Notes: generated from the letters alone by a model not told the origin. A stretch of 64,000 nt of DNA from an uncultured Planctomycetota bacterium (GCA_963823665.1 CAWGMQ010000006.1:864001-928000), one strand, 5' to 3'; counted from the first letter of the stretch, positions 21,600-35,400 are shown. Program-made: numbers and translations.

Positions 21600-21960
21600 C
21601 GTTCTCACCTGTGTTTCGTAGAAGCCTTTTTCGGACAGACACATTCTACATAACTGCTCCCGATCGGTCATTTCTTAAAAAAGAAAAGAAGATCTAGAAT
21701 TCTCTTGCTTTCTATAACTGCCCTCGGTAATCATGATCGCCACATGGTTCGTGCGTAATCAATCTCGTCGTCCATCCAGCGATTCGATCACGATGTCCTG
21801 GATCGGCAGGGAGCCGGGCCTCGGGTGCCGTTCGCGCACCTCGTGGTTGTGACGGTGAGTAGGGTCGGTGAACAGGGATTGATGTCGAGCAGCCGGTCTG
21901 CGTGCGCGCGGGCTGCGCCTGCTTGACGGACGAGTCACCATACCCGGAAGGATGGGCATC

Positions 21961-24397
21961 ATGTTGCGAGCCGAGCGTGTGCGTCGCGCCATTCGCCCGA
22001 TGGTCCTGCCCAGCGAGGTCCTGGAGCGGCGCGGCGCTATTCACTGTGAATCCGACGGCGTTTCTGCCGCAGATCGTAACCCAGTACTGGGGTTACACCG
22101 ACACGATGTACGAGGGTGATCTCACGGTCAACACAACGACTTCCGCGAGCGCCAGCACCGTGACCCTCTCGGACGGAACCTACACTTACGACTACATTGA
22201 CACCTACGTCGAAAGCCCCCCCAATTCATCCGGCGACTTCACCTGGTCGGTGAACGACTGGGAAACCCAGTTGTGGTCGCTCACCGACACCCGCACCGAC
22301 TCCGCCGGTTACTTCCACACGACCGTCTCGTATATATTCGAGACGAGCACAGAAACCGGGTCCGGCGTTGTCAACACTGCCGGGGACTCTACCACTCTCT
22401 ATCGGGACGATACCGCGAGCTCGGCCTATATCGATACAGCGACGAAAGGCACCCAGACCATCACCGAGAATATCCACAACTACTCGGATTGGCATCGGTC
22501 GGGCAGCGGCACTGCCGCTTTGGAGACTCCGATCACGTTCGAGTCGCTGCTAGCTTACTCCGCCCTGGGCAGCGGCAGCGGCAGTACGTCGGGCGGCACC
22601 AACACGTTCAGCGACGTCGTCACCGGCTCACCGACGGCCCTGAACGAGCAAGGCGGCGAGAAATACTATCTGAGCGCGTCGGCCAGTCAATCGACCGCGG
22701 GCATCACCAGCAACTTCACGATCAGCGCAAGCGGCTACGAGAACCTGAATCTGGTGACGACCGTCTCGGCGGCCCGGGTCGTGGGTGGAACGGGTACAGA
22801 CTACTCCTACCTCGACAACGTGGCGAGCAATACGTACTCCTACTCGGAGAGCGGCGGCAGCAGTCCCAGCGGCAGCTCTGGCACCTTCAACCTCGTCTCG
22901 AGCGGGAGCAACTGGGCGATCCAAACGGTGTGGGGGAGTGGGACCAGCGGCAGCGCAAACGACAGCTACTACATCAACGATGACAACTACAGCGTCTTCA
23001 ACGAGGGGGACAGCGGAACCGTTGGTCCGGTCAAGAGCGACACGATCTATGACAATACGATCTCGTCCGACGTGATCATCTCGAGTGGCTCCGGCACGTC
23101 GGTTCGTCCCGGCAGCTTGAACGGCACGGGCACCGACTCGTACAGCTTTAACGGCTCGACGGTGCTCGATAAGGGCCAGTTCGCCTCGGGCTCGACACCC
23201 GCCGTCTACGACTCGCTCACATCCGGCTTCAATGCGACCGGGACATTCTCGAGCGCCGTGCTCGATGACTCGGGGACCGACACGGAGACGATCAAGATGT
23301 GGGGCTCGGGCAGCGGAACCGTGGAACAGCTCTACACAAGCAGCTCGTCGGGCTCGGGTATCCACAACCCGGTGAGCGACTCTTACTCCGAGTCCGAGAC
23401 GCGGGTGCGGTCCTACGACCTGCTCGACAACATCATGGGCAGCGGCAGCATGAGCTCGTACGACGACACAAGCGACTCGGCCAGCGGAAGCGGCGGCTTT
23501 GCCGGCTATAACTTCTCGTTTGGCGAATACGACATGGACGACATCAACACCACGCTGTCGTCGACCGGCGTCTACGCGTTCAACATGAGCGCCAGCGGTT
23601 TTGGCCCGGGGGGATCGTACACCGAGTCCGAGACGGGCAACAACAGCGGCGTGATCACCAACAGCATCACCTCCAACTCTGCGAGCGGGACCTCGCCGAC
23701 CGGAGTCTACGGCAGCGTCGAATACGATTACATCGGCAACGCCGGCACCTTCAATTCGTTCACGAGCGCTACCGTCCAGCGCGTCGGAGGCCAGTGGACG
23801 CTGGACAGCAGTGGGGTGACCGCCATCGTCGACGGCAGCCCTGAGGACTGGGATTCGTTAACCAGCGCCGGGCAGTTGAGCTACCTCGAAAGCAACAACG
23901 AAGCCCATGGGGTCTCCGACCCCATAGCGACCGCCAACAACCTCAACTCCCCCTCGCTTTACCTGAAGACCGGCTTCATAACGATGGACACCCCGCTCGA
24001 CACCATTCAGGATCTGGCGTGGTATTCTGCGCAGTACGGGAGAACGCAATCGATTCTCTACATCATGCCGCACGACGTCTCCGGTGGCGGAAACAACCCG
24101 TACAATTACCGGACCGATGAGAGCGAACTGGTAAGCCCCAACAACACGAGCGGCCTGCCCTCGCAGGGATTGACTTTCCTGGACGCGGTCATAACCGACC
24201 TGGCGACCGGGGGTGTCGTCACGTTCGGCGCTGACAATACCGAGCCCGACGAGCAGCGGATGCTCGAGAATAATGAGATCACGCAGTCCAACGGCTTTTA
24301 CGCAGCCAAGACCCACATCTACTTCGATCCGGGCTACTTCACGCCCGGGTTCTACCTCACCCGCACGGCTGTGCGGGGCGACCCGTTTGCAGAGTAA
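21961..24397 (+). CDS. Ser/Thr/Gly/Tyr-rich extracellular protein (frameshift near 22030)
   Basis: ATG 21961 gives MLRAERVRRAIRPMVLPSEVLERR, then frame change to ALFTV (LExRxLx motif); long S/T/G/Y/D-rich body. Confidence 0.75.
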
Positions 24398-24448
24398 TTA
24401 GCCCGCGCGAAGGACACCCTCCACTCATTTCCTGGAACTGGTAGTCCC

Positions 24449-26376
24449 GTGGACGATTCAAACCGACGCATCCTTTTCGCAACACATGCTTGCTATCTAG
24501 ACGACGCCAATACCGCGGCCCTGGCCAGTCGCGCCTGATGCAGGCGCTTGACCGTCAGGGCTTCGGCGTCGAGGTCCTCTGCGGGTCCATGCTCGACCTG
24601 ACCGAGAATGTCGACATAGGCCCCTGGCTCAGCGTGCGCTGGGAGGGAGTCAAGGAAGAGGGGGGAGGTGAGGTCTCGGCCGATGCCTTTGGCGTCCGGG
24701 CGGATGTTCCGGACCACTTCCGCCTCACCGTGTCGGGGGTACCGGTGTCGGTTCAACGCTGCGCGGTCACTCAGCCGCACGATCCCGAGGCTGATGAATG
24801 CGCGGGCTTCCTCCGCCTGCTGGACTTGATTCTGGACCGTTTCCAGCCCCACGTCTTGGTCGGCTACGGTGGCTCGCGAATCCAGTGCGAAACATTCAAG
24901 CGGGCTCGTAACCGGGGGATCGCCACCGTCTTTGCGCTCCACAACTTTCTCTACACGCGGCTTCAGCCATTCGCCCACATCGACGCCGTGCTGGTCGCGT
25001 CCGAATTCTCGGCGAACTTCCACCACGAGGGCATGGGGCTCTCTTGCACGGCGATACCGTACCTGGTCGACTTCGACCGCATCGTTGCTGAACCGGAAGA
25101 ACGGAAGTACGTCACGTTCGTGAACCCGTCGGCGGACAGGGGTGTTTACCCCTTCGCCCGGATCGCCGACGAACTGGGGCGGCTCCGTCCGGATATCCCG
25201 ATGCTCGTGGTCGAAGGGCGCGGCGACGAGCGGACGCTGGCCAACTGCGGTTTGGAGCTGAAAGACCGGGGCACGGTCAACCTGATGGAGCCAACTCAGG
25301 ATCATCGGGACTTCTGGGGCCAGACGAGGGTCTGCCTGCTCCCCTCACTCGTCTGGGAGAACCAGCCGATGATCGCCGTCGAGGCGATGGCGAACGGCAT
25401 CCCGGTCGTCGGCTCGGACCGAGGGGGCATCGCCGAGACCCTGGGCAAGGCGGGCGCCGTCCTGCCGTTGCCGGACCGATTGACTGCTGCGACGAAGTGG
25501 CTACCGAGCGCGGAGGAAGTCGCGCCCTGGGTGGACGCGGTGATCCGACTCTGGGACGACAACGCATGGTATGAAGAACAGCGGGCGCGAGCGCGCACGG
25601 AGGCCAAGCGCTGGGACCCGTGCGTGCTGGAGCCAGCGTACGCCCGGTTCTTCAACTCGCTGGGGCCGGGGCAGAAGACGAACGGGCGGATGGCGCCAGG
25701 CCGGCAGAAGGCGGCCGTCCTGGTTCCGCATTTGAACGGGATCGAGCCCGACACCGAGCAGGCGCTGCTGGCCCTGGAGAAAACGGGAGTGCGCGTCATC
25801 CGTCGGGTGGGCAGCTCCCAGATCGATGTCGCGCGTAATATGCTCGCGTCGGAGGCAGTGCATCACGGGTACGAGTCGATCATGTTCATTGATGCTGACA
25901 TCGGCTTCGACCCCGTGGACGCGCTGCGTCTGCTGGCGCGCCCGGAGCCGGTGGTCTCGGGCGTTTATGCCAAGAAAGGGCGGCGCGAGCTGGCCAGCCT
26001 GTTCGCGACCGGGATCAAGGAGATTACCTTTGGCGAAGTATCGGGTTTGTACCCATTGAGATATGCCGCGACGGGTTTCCTGCGGATTCGCGTGGACGTC
26101 TTGCGGCGGATGATCCACGAGCTGGCCTTGCCGTTGTGCAATAAGCGCTGGGGCGATGGCGAATGGCCCTTCTTCCAGCCGGTGATTGTTCCGGACCCGG
26201 CCGGCTACCACTACCTCGGTGAAGACTGGGCGTTCAGCTATCGCCTGGGACAGATTGGCGTGACCCCGCTCGCCGACACCTCGATTCGCCTCTGGCACTA
26301 CGGGCGCTATCCGTACGGCTGGGAAGACGCGGGCACCAAGCACCCGCGGTTCCGCACCTTCACGATTCGACACTGA
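24449..26376 (+). CDS. GT4 glycosyltransferase fused to a GT-A-like domain (frameshift near 24535)
   Basis: ILFATHACYLDD N-terminus; EAMANGIPVVGSDRGGIAE; C-terminal MFIDADI, YLGEDWAFS. Confidence 0.85.
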
Positions 26377-26556
26377 ACCACCCGCACGCTTGCGACCGCG
26401 CGATGAGATTGGCGGCTACGCGATCGCGAGAAGAGGAAAATGGTGCCTCGGCAGCGTGTCGCCGCGAAACGACCCGGTCGTGTGAGGGCAGCGATTTCGC
26501 GAAGATTGGCATAGGACGGGGACGACGCGACGTGAAACGTCGCTTACACTGAGTAA

Positions 26557-27639
<1,083 letters not shown>

Positions 27640-27645
27640 CCGACC

Positions 27646-28458
27646 ATGCATTCGCCGTTTCACGTCGAGGCGCTCCCTGAGCCGCACCCCATACCGGACT
27701 GCCTCGGCGTGATTGCGTTCTGTCGCCGCAACTGGAGGCAGGAATACGCCTTTTTCAAACCAAACGCGATCACGTATCTGATCAAGACCGTCTTCAGTCT
27801 GCAACGGTATGTGACTCAATGCCGGGTCTTCGTGGGGACGGACGCCGACCTCGCGCTGGTTCAGGCTCTGCCGCTCGGAGTTGAAGTCGAACGGGTTGAC
27901 GTTGCGCCCGAGCCCTTGGCGGGCGTCGACGTTCTCCCTGTGGGACGTGTCGCGCTCAGTGCTCTCAACACCGACGGCTTTCGGTACGTGTTCTTCACCG
28001 AAGCCGACCAGATCATGCACATTCGCGACCCCGGACGGCTGGTTGCGATTGTCGACGACCATTGTTACGCCGTCCCGCATCGGATCGAGCGAGACTACAA
28101 GGGAGCCAACCGTCACGGGCAGCCGCGGGTCCGGTTCAACGGGGCGGATTACGTGGTGTGGAACTATCCGTGGGAGGGCGAGGCACTGCCCCTCCGTGGT
28201 GACGGTTTCTTCGCGGCTCAGAACCGCCGGATCGCCTATGGCGCTGCGTGGCTGGCGCGAGCCGAGGCAATCGCCAAGGCCGACTTTCTCGGCCCGACCG
28301 ACGATCCACTGGCCCATCCCTGCCACGCGCTCTTCGGGGTGATGGAAGCAGTCAAGACGACTGACGTGTTCGAGTTCTTTGTGGACCACCTCAGCGGATT
28401 CGACAACGCACTGGCTGCGTTCGGGTTGCGGATTGAGGATTACCCTAACTTCTGGTGA
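27646..28458 (+). CDS. Hypothetical protein, possibly GT-A fold
   Basis: 270-aa ORF 6 nt after the esterase; YVFFTEADQI resembles a DxD motif. Confidence 0.6.
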   Translation: MHSPFHVEALPEPHPIPDCLGVIAFCRRNWRQEYAFFKPNAITYLIKTVFSLQRYVTQCRVFVGTDADLALVQALPLGVEVERVDVAPEPLAGVDVLPVGRVALSALNTDGFRYVFFTEADQIMHIRDPGRLVAIVDDHCYAVPHRIERDYKGANRHGQPRVRFNGADYVVWNYPWEGEALPLRGDGFFAAQNRRIAYGAAWLARAEAIAKADFLGPTDDPLAHPCHALFGVMEAVKTTDVFEFFVDHLSGFDNALAAFGLRIEDYPNFW

Positions 28459-28460
28459 CC

Positions 28461-29177
28461 TCAGAGCGCTCTGCAGTGCCAGCCATCAACCGCGGTCCGA
28501 GTCGCCGGCACTTCGCCGAGCGGCACGAACTGGCACCCGGCCCGCCGCAAGCTTGGGACCAGGACCCGGACGAGCTCGCTCGTCCGATTGGCCCGGTAGA
28601 GCACCGCATCCTCCGAGCCATCGTGCAAGAGAATGATCCCGCGCCCGGCCTCGGCGATCTCCGCGAAATAGCGCGCGGCGCATTCGTTCACGGACCGAGT
28701 CTCCCTCCAGTGCAGCCAGTCGGCGCCGTCGATGTCCCAGCCGATCGGGCCGATGTAATTGCGCAGGGCTTTGGTCGCGTTCAGCGTTCGACCGACCGCG
28801 GAAATCACCTCATCCCGGCCGCGCCAGGCTCCGTGCGGCGGCCGGAAGAAGGCAGGGCCGGGGGCAAGTACGTCCTCGATCATTTCGTGCGTGCGGACCA
28901 GTTCGCTCACCGGGTCGCCGCCCGAGGCGAGCAAGTCCGGTAAGCGCAGATGGCTGTAGCCATGATTGGCCACGAGATGGCCCAGCGTGCGTAAGCGCAA
29001 AAGGTCCTGGCCGCGCCCGCTCGCGTTTTTTCCCAGAATGAAGAACGTGGCCGAAATGCCCTCGGCCGCCAGGTATTCCGCGATCGATACGGTGTCGGGG
29101 CCAGGTCCGTCGTCAAACGTCAGGCACAGCTCATTGCGGTCCATGCCGTCACCGCGGAGCTCGTGGTCCAGGAACAT
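28461..29177 (-). CDS. Polysaccharide deacetylase (NodB/CE4)
   Basis: LTFDDGP; NHGYSH; FFRPPHG; IILLHD. Confidence 0.92.
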   Translation of the reverse strand: MFLDHELRGDGMDRNELCLTFDDGPGPDTVSIAEYLAAEGISATFFILGKNASGRGQDLLRLRTLGHLVANHGYSHLRLPDLLASGGDPVSELVRTHEMIEDVLAPGPAFFRPPHGAWRGRDEVISAVGRTLNATKALRNYIGPIGWDIDGADWLHWRETRSVNECAARYFAEIAEAGRGIILLHDGSEDAVLYRANRTSELVRVLVPSLRRAGCQFVPLGEVPATRTAVDGWHCRAL

Positions 29178-29204
29178 GGGAGCACCACCGCCTTCAAGAC
29201 ACTT

Positions 29205-30431
29205 TCAGTCAGGCTCGACGTCGGCAAGGAACCGGTCTGCGCGGCGCTTGCCGACTGCCCTTTGAGCGGGCCACAGGACGCTGATATCCCCGGTATGCTG
29301 GGCGAGGCTCGGGCAGGGATAATGGACCGGGACTCCGTGCCGCGCGGCCCAGCGGCCGATGAGCGCATCGATTCCCGCCTTGCGGTCGCCCAGTCGCCCG
29401 TGCCATTGGTGTGCGCGCACGTCGGGATCGGCAAGGAACCTTTCGAGGACACGCGGTGGGAAGACGAAGGCCAGCGCACCCCACGACCATGGCTCATCGA
29501 GCTGGTGCCAGCCAGCGCCCTGCGCGAATAGCCCGCCGAACAATAAAGCGACACGAGTCCTGGCGGATCCGTAGGCCAGAGGATTGCTTCCAGGTACGCG
29601 CGAAGATCTTGGCGGTCATAGAACAGGACGTCATCCTGGACCATCAGAAAAGCGTCCGCGGCCGGCGCGCAGCAAGAGCTCGCTCAAACTGAGGTAGTAA
29701 TTCGACCAGGCACCCGCAGCCGGCCGGCGCACGGTCGTGGGCACGTGCTCGTGTCGCGGCGCGACCAGGATGTCGCCGTCCGCGAAAAGATGGACGCTCG
29801 ACCAGCCGGCGCGGCCGAGGCTGTCGAGTGTCCAGTCGAGCGTCCGCGTCGGGCGGCTCGACGCCGTGATGCCCACCGCCCAGGTCCGAACCGCTGGCCC
29901 GCACCGCGGCAGCGGAGCGAGCAATTCGACGAGCGGTTGCGGCGTGCTCCTCGGCCGGTCCGTCCAGTCACGGCAGCGGTGACAGCCATCACGGGTTGTG
30001 GGAACACCACGGTGTTCGGGGTGCTGGCAGGCCAGCGCGAAAGGAGGGGCGGCAGGGGTTGTTGATGCGTCCAGCGGAGGCCCGAGGTAGTAGCATGCCT
30101 CATGCGCCCGCCGCGGCTCGGCCGACCCGCGATCCTCGCCGTAAACCACCGCAAGATGCCGCCGAGCCAGCTCCCGCAAGTTCGCCACCTGCGCTCGTTC
30201 GATTTCCGACCGTGGGCGCAGATTTGCCGCCAGTCGGTCGAGCAACGAGGCGATGACCGGATTCAGTCGCGATGGACCTGGCGATCCCGCGGAACAGCAC
30301 GCGCGGCACGCATCGTCCGAGATGCGCAGCAGCGACTCGTCGGCGACGCCGGCAAGCTGGCCCAGCAGCTCACATGCGAGCCCGTCCGGCAAACGATTGC
30401 GGTAATCACACGAGGGTAGCGTTGGCGTCAT
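29205..30431 (-). CDS. Cys-rich domain fused to a GT-A-like domain (two frameshifts near 29660 and 29540)
   Basis: ATGA-coupled start MTPTLPSCDYR; ACRACC; CHRC; WAVGIT...TLDSL; MVQDDV; PSLAQHTG. Confidence 0.7.
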
Positions 30432-31793
30432 GAGACGATTCCGACTTCGCGATGTGCGCATTCTTGCGACCAGTCGATCTTGATGGTCCAGCCATCGCGA
30501 CGAATCCGACGGCAAAAAGCAGGGTCGAAGTCGATCGGCTCGGAGTATCCGTAGCTGAAGGTGGCGTCGCGCAGGATGGAGGTGCGGAGCAGCACGCAGC
30601 CGAAACCGCACCCGCCGATCGTCTGGATGCCCTCGCCGCCTGGAAGGTGTTCGCCGGTTCTCATCCCAGGCGACATAATGCCCGAGGCCACGCGCGCGGT
30701 ACGGCGCGCCGACCACGGCCGTATCTCGATCGAGCGCATGGAGGAGCCGGTCGATCACTCCGAGCGGCGGGACAATATCGTCCTCGACCACGAGCACGTA
30801 CGGCGTCGTCACCTCACGCGCCATCTGATTGTAAATGCGCGCGCAGGCCAGCCGCACGGCGGCGCTATTTGGACCGCGCGGGCGGTCGGCCAGGCCCGGC
30901 TCCGCAACAACGCGATCGACGCACCGCACGTCGGCATATCTGGAATCGGCGAGAAATGAGCGCACGCTCGCGCGGAACGCCGGGTTGCCCGACGTATCCA
31001 TCAGGAACAGACGCGTCTGCTCGCGCGGCCAGGTTTGATTCAGCAGCCAATCACAATATGCCGGCCACAAGGAAGAGCGACCCGAAAGCGCTGTGAAGAT
31101 GGTGACATCAATCAGCCGCAGCGAGCCGTTGTCGAAATAGCTCCAGCGCAGCGATTGCGACCGGCTCGGCCCCGCGGAAGCATGCCGCCGATAGCGGTAA
31201 ATCGCCGATTGTTTCGAGCCGATCCACCCCGCCGCGACAACCCGCCGCCACACCAGCCAGTCCTCGTGGGCCTCGAGCAGGTCGGGCTCGCGGAAGGCGT
31301 CGGCGATCTCGAGCGCGATCCTGCGCACCAGCGAGCCGGCGTGCATGAAATTCTCGCGATCGAACTCGACCTTATCCCACTCGGGCATGAGCTGTCGTCC
31401 CGACCGGTCTCCGAAGAGCTCGATATCCGAGTAGATGATTCCCACCTCGGGGCTCTCGAACAGCGGCAGTCCGCGCTCGAGATAGTCGTGGGGCAGCACG
31501 TCATCGGCGTCCAGGAAGCAGATGACCTCCGATTGCGTCGCGTGCAGGCCCGCCGCCCGCGCGCGAAACGCGCTGCGCACATCGACCCGCAGGTAGCCGA
31601 CACCGGAGCTCGCATACTTGCGAGCGACCTCGGCGGTGTCGTCGCTGCTGGCATCATCGACGACCAGCAGCTCGGCCGGGATGACTGTCTGATCGAGCAC
31701 GCTCTTGATGGCTTCGTCCAAAAACCGGCCGTAGTTATGGCAGGTGATGATCACCGCGACGGTTGGAAACAGCCGATGCCCGGGCACGATCAT
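30428..31793 (-). CDS. Two-domain GT2 glycosyltransferase (frameshift near 30660)
   Basis: VIITCHNYGRFLDEAIKSVLDQT, VVDDAS, FLDADD; second domain VVEDDI...GCGFGCVLLR. Confidence 0.85.
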
Positions 31794-32110
31794 GGGCGCC
31801 CCGGCGCGCGTGCGACCGGCTTCAGATGCCGCCGTGCCCAGCGGCCCAGCGCCAGGGCGCGCTCCGGGTCGCAGCCGGCCGCTCCGCCGGCTTCGACCAG
31901 CCGGCTGGTAAGTCGGTCGAGCAGCGAGCCCACGACCGGATTGAGCCGGGTCAGGCTGGGGGCCGGCGAGGCACAGCAGGCCCGGCACGCGTCGACCTCC
32001 ACGCGCAGGAGGGGCGAATCCTCGAGCCCGGTGATACGCGCCAGGAGGTCACAGTGCGTCGTACCGTCGGAAGCCGATTTGCGATACTGGCACGAGTCGA
32101 CAGCGCGCAT
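31790..32110 (-). CDS. Small Cys-rich hypothetical protein
   Basis: CQYR...CDLL...DACRACC...RLNPVVGSLLDRL; stop overlaps the next ATG (ATGA). Confidence 0.7.
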   Translation of the reverse strand: MRAVDSCQYRKSASDGTTHCDLLARITGLEDSPLLRVEVDACRACCASPAPSLTRLNPVVGSLLDRLTSRLVEAGGAAGCDPERALALGRWARRHLKPVARAPGRP

Positions 32111-32126
32111 GAACGCGATCCGAATC

Positions 32127-32366
32127 TCAGGCCCCTGCCCCACTCAGTACACGCGGCACACACGGCGTGATCACGCGCACCCCCACGTAATCACCCCGGT
32201 GGACCATGGGGTCGAGCAGGGCGCTCTCATAGCCCTCCGCGCATTCAAAGGTCTCGATCACGACCCACTTGCTTCCGCTCCATTCCTGGATGGACGTGCC
32301 GGTGCTGTCCTCCAGCCGGCTCGAGCCCACGTTCGCTGGGTCCTGGATTGGTGTCGGGCCTTTCAT
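32127..32366 (-). CDS. 79-aa hypothetical protein
   Basis: AGGAG RBS; first gene of the coupled GT operon. Confidence 0.6.
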   Translation of the reverse strand: MKGPTPIQDPANVGSSRLEDSTGTSIQEWSGSKWVVIETFECAEGYESALLDPMVHRGDYVGVRVITPCVPRVLSGAGA

Positions 32367-32438
32367 CGCCGTCTCCTGATTGGTGTCTACGTGATAGGAC
32401 CGTTCCGCGTCGACGACACACTCCACCAGAACCGGCGG

Positions 32439-35400
32439 CTACGGGCAAGTCCTTGCTACCCGGAAACCGATGAATGGCTCGCGGAGCTGCGGGTGGTTCT
32501 GGTTGCGATACCAGATGCGGACCGTGCGGGGATGGCCGCCGTAGAAGCCGCCACGGAGCATCGCCGTCGGCGGCTCAGCGCCGTCCTGAACGACGAATGG
32601 CTTCGCCCGGTCGACTGCGGCGCTCGACGTCGGCGTCCAGGTGCGTAGATGGCACCACTCGTAGACATTTCCCAGGGCGTCGAAGAGGCCCAGGTCATTC
32701 GGTTGCAGCCGGCCGACCGGGTGCGCGTGGCCCTGTGCGTTATTCAGCCACCAGGCAAAGCGCGAGAGCAGAGCGTCGTCATCACCGAACGGCCAGATCG
32801 CCGTCGCGCCGGCGCCGCAGCCATATTCCCACTCGGCCTCGGTCGGCAGGCGGTAGCCTGTCCGCTCGAGGTAGTTGTCCGCGAGCTTCATCCCCGAACG
32901 AATCTGGTCGATTGGCGGGTAGCACATCTGCGACTCGGGAATGTGTTCTTGCTCGCTGAGCCAGCGGCAGTAACACGCCGCCTCGTACCATGAGACGCTC
33001 GAGACGGGGTCGGCCGCATCCTGGCCGCGGGGCCCTCCCGTTGCGCCGGCGAAACGAGCGAACTGTTCGCGCGTGACTTCCTTGGTCAGGAGCGCGAAGC
33101 TGCGCGGGATTTGCATGGTCCAGTGCTGTTCCGCTTCGGAATCGCCCATCGGGAAGGTGATCGGCCCGCGAATCACGGCGAAAGTCTGGCGCTCGAGGTT
33201 GGTGTACCAGCCACGGTCGGGCCGCGGATCTCGCGCGGCGAGCCGCGCGTCCTCGGCATCGACCGCCGCGCCACGGCCCCAGCGGCGGAGCAGCAAGTCG
33301 ACCGCGGAATGGGTGGCCGGATCGGGGTCATCATGGTAAGTCGCCAGCAGCACCGCCGTGAACCGGTCCGCCTGCGCGGCCGGGACTTCCTCCGGCCGGT
33401 ACTCGCTCAGAGCGCGGACCAGGGCTGGCGCGCTGACGGTTCGTGCTCGGCCGCGACCTGGTTCATGAGCAAGAGCGGATCAACCCCGGAGGGTTCGAGC
33501 CGGCTGACGAGGTACTCGCGTACCGATGCGCCGGCGCTGCGCGAAAGCAGGGCCCATGCGGATGCGCCCCGCCCGAGGCCGATCAAAATCGCGGCTGCCG
33601 CCGCCCGCCGACGCGAGTCGGCAAACCGCGTCGGGCCATCGGCGGAGCGTGTCGGCACCGGAGCGGCGAGCAGCGCCGCGCAACGTTCCTCGACCTCGTC
33701 GGCACGACGCCGCAGGGGCGCCAGAAAGGCGCGCGACTGCTGCGCATCCGCCGCCAGAACCAGGGGGAAGAGCGAATCCAGATCGTCACTGAGATAGACC
33801 GCCAGCGCACCGGCCGCGACCGACCGCTCCTGCGCCGAGCGCTCGCCGTCCTCGAACGCAGTCCGCAGCGCGGGCACCATCGCTTTGCGCACATTACCCA
33901 GCACGTCGATCCATCCCGCGACCGTCAGCGGGCCCTCCGCGCTGAGCGTCGCGACGAGGTCGGGCGCGATCGCGCGCCAGCGGAGGTTCGTCGAATCGTA
34001 ATCGGCCAATGCGCCTGCCGCGCGCAGCCGCCGTGCGCGCTCGACTGAGGGATCGCTCAGAAGCCCCCAGAGATCCGCCGTAAGCTGGGGCGCGAACGGG
34101 CGCAGCGCATCGCGGATCAAGGTCAGCTCCTCCGGGTCGGCGGAGAGCATCAGCTCGACTAAGGCCGGCACTTGCTGTTCTTCGCGAGGTAAGAGCGCCA
34201 GCGCCAGGCGCAAGCGACGCGATCGGTCCTTCTGGCTTGCCGCTCGAGGCGACTCGTGCCGCAGCATGGGGTCGAGCCAGCGCCTGTAGGGCCCCATCTC
34301 GGCGAGCACCGCGGGCACGTCGGAAGTGCGGGCGACGAGCAGCCGATCGTGCAAGTCCGCTGCGCGGAGCCAACCATAAAGCTCCAGACCCGCGAGAGCC
34401 AGACAGAGCACCGATGCGCCCACGATCACGCTGCGCGTGGCGTGATAACGCGTGGCCGCGTGCAGGAAGCTCGCCTGCTGTGCGGTCCAGCCGGCACGCC
34501 GGGTCAGCAGTCGCATCCTGAGGAACTCGGACCACGCCGGCAGCAGCCTGCGCCCCCGGTGCGCAGCCCAGAGCGCGGCCTGATCCGAGAGGGCAAGCGC
34601 CGCCCGCCCCCGGCGCAACTCGCGCTGCTTGCGATTCAACCACTGCCGGATCGAGTGGACCAGGTAGTCATGCGTGAGCTGATAACACATCGGCTCGCCT
34701 TCTTGTGATGCGGGTGCCAGGTCGGCGCGCTCCTGGGAGCCCGCTGGCGGTGCGGGCGCGGGCTCGCGCTCGGTCGGCGTGACAAGTCGCAATTCCGCGT
34801 CAAGCAGATGGATCAGATCGGCGAAATCTTCCGGCCGATTGGCGTACCCGGAGGCGCCCGGAGCTCGGCGGCGGAGCGCATCTGTCCTTTGATGTCGGTG
34901 CCGGTCTCAGGCAGCAGGGCCTGGAGAACGGCCTGCGCTGCCTTCTGGTGCAGCCGGTGCTCCGGGGGCGCGTGGGCCGCGTAGAATGTCTCTTCCAGAT
35001 AGGTCACGCCGACCCCCGCAGTGCCCCCCAGCGCCCTGAGACTTGAAGGCGTCCAGGTCTTTCCCTTGACCATTTCCGCGAACAACGCGAGTCGAACGGG
35101 GATAATCTTGCCGTCCTGAGCTAATCCGGCGAGCGCTTGATCGAGGAACGCCTTCTGTTCGGACGTGATCTGGCCCGCCTTTTCGGGCAGGGCCCCATAA
35201 GCACGGCCGAAGGCGGTCAGCACGCGCCGCGCGTGCTTCAGGTCGAAGAGGTCGACCGCGGCCGAGTTTTCCCCTTCGACCAGCCGGATTTCGAGCTCGC
35301 GCATGAAGCGGGTCGCCGCCATCCAGAACTCATCGCGGACCGTGACGATGGCTTGCACACGCTCGCCGTCGCATTGCCGCAGCGCGGCGACCAGCTCAAG

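Noticed and set aside
29631..31988. Single 785-aa ORF
   Set aside because: Artefactual join of the GT2 and the Cys-rich gene caused by a frameshift; ATGA couplings at 31790-31793 and 30428-30431 define separate genes
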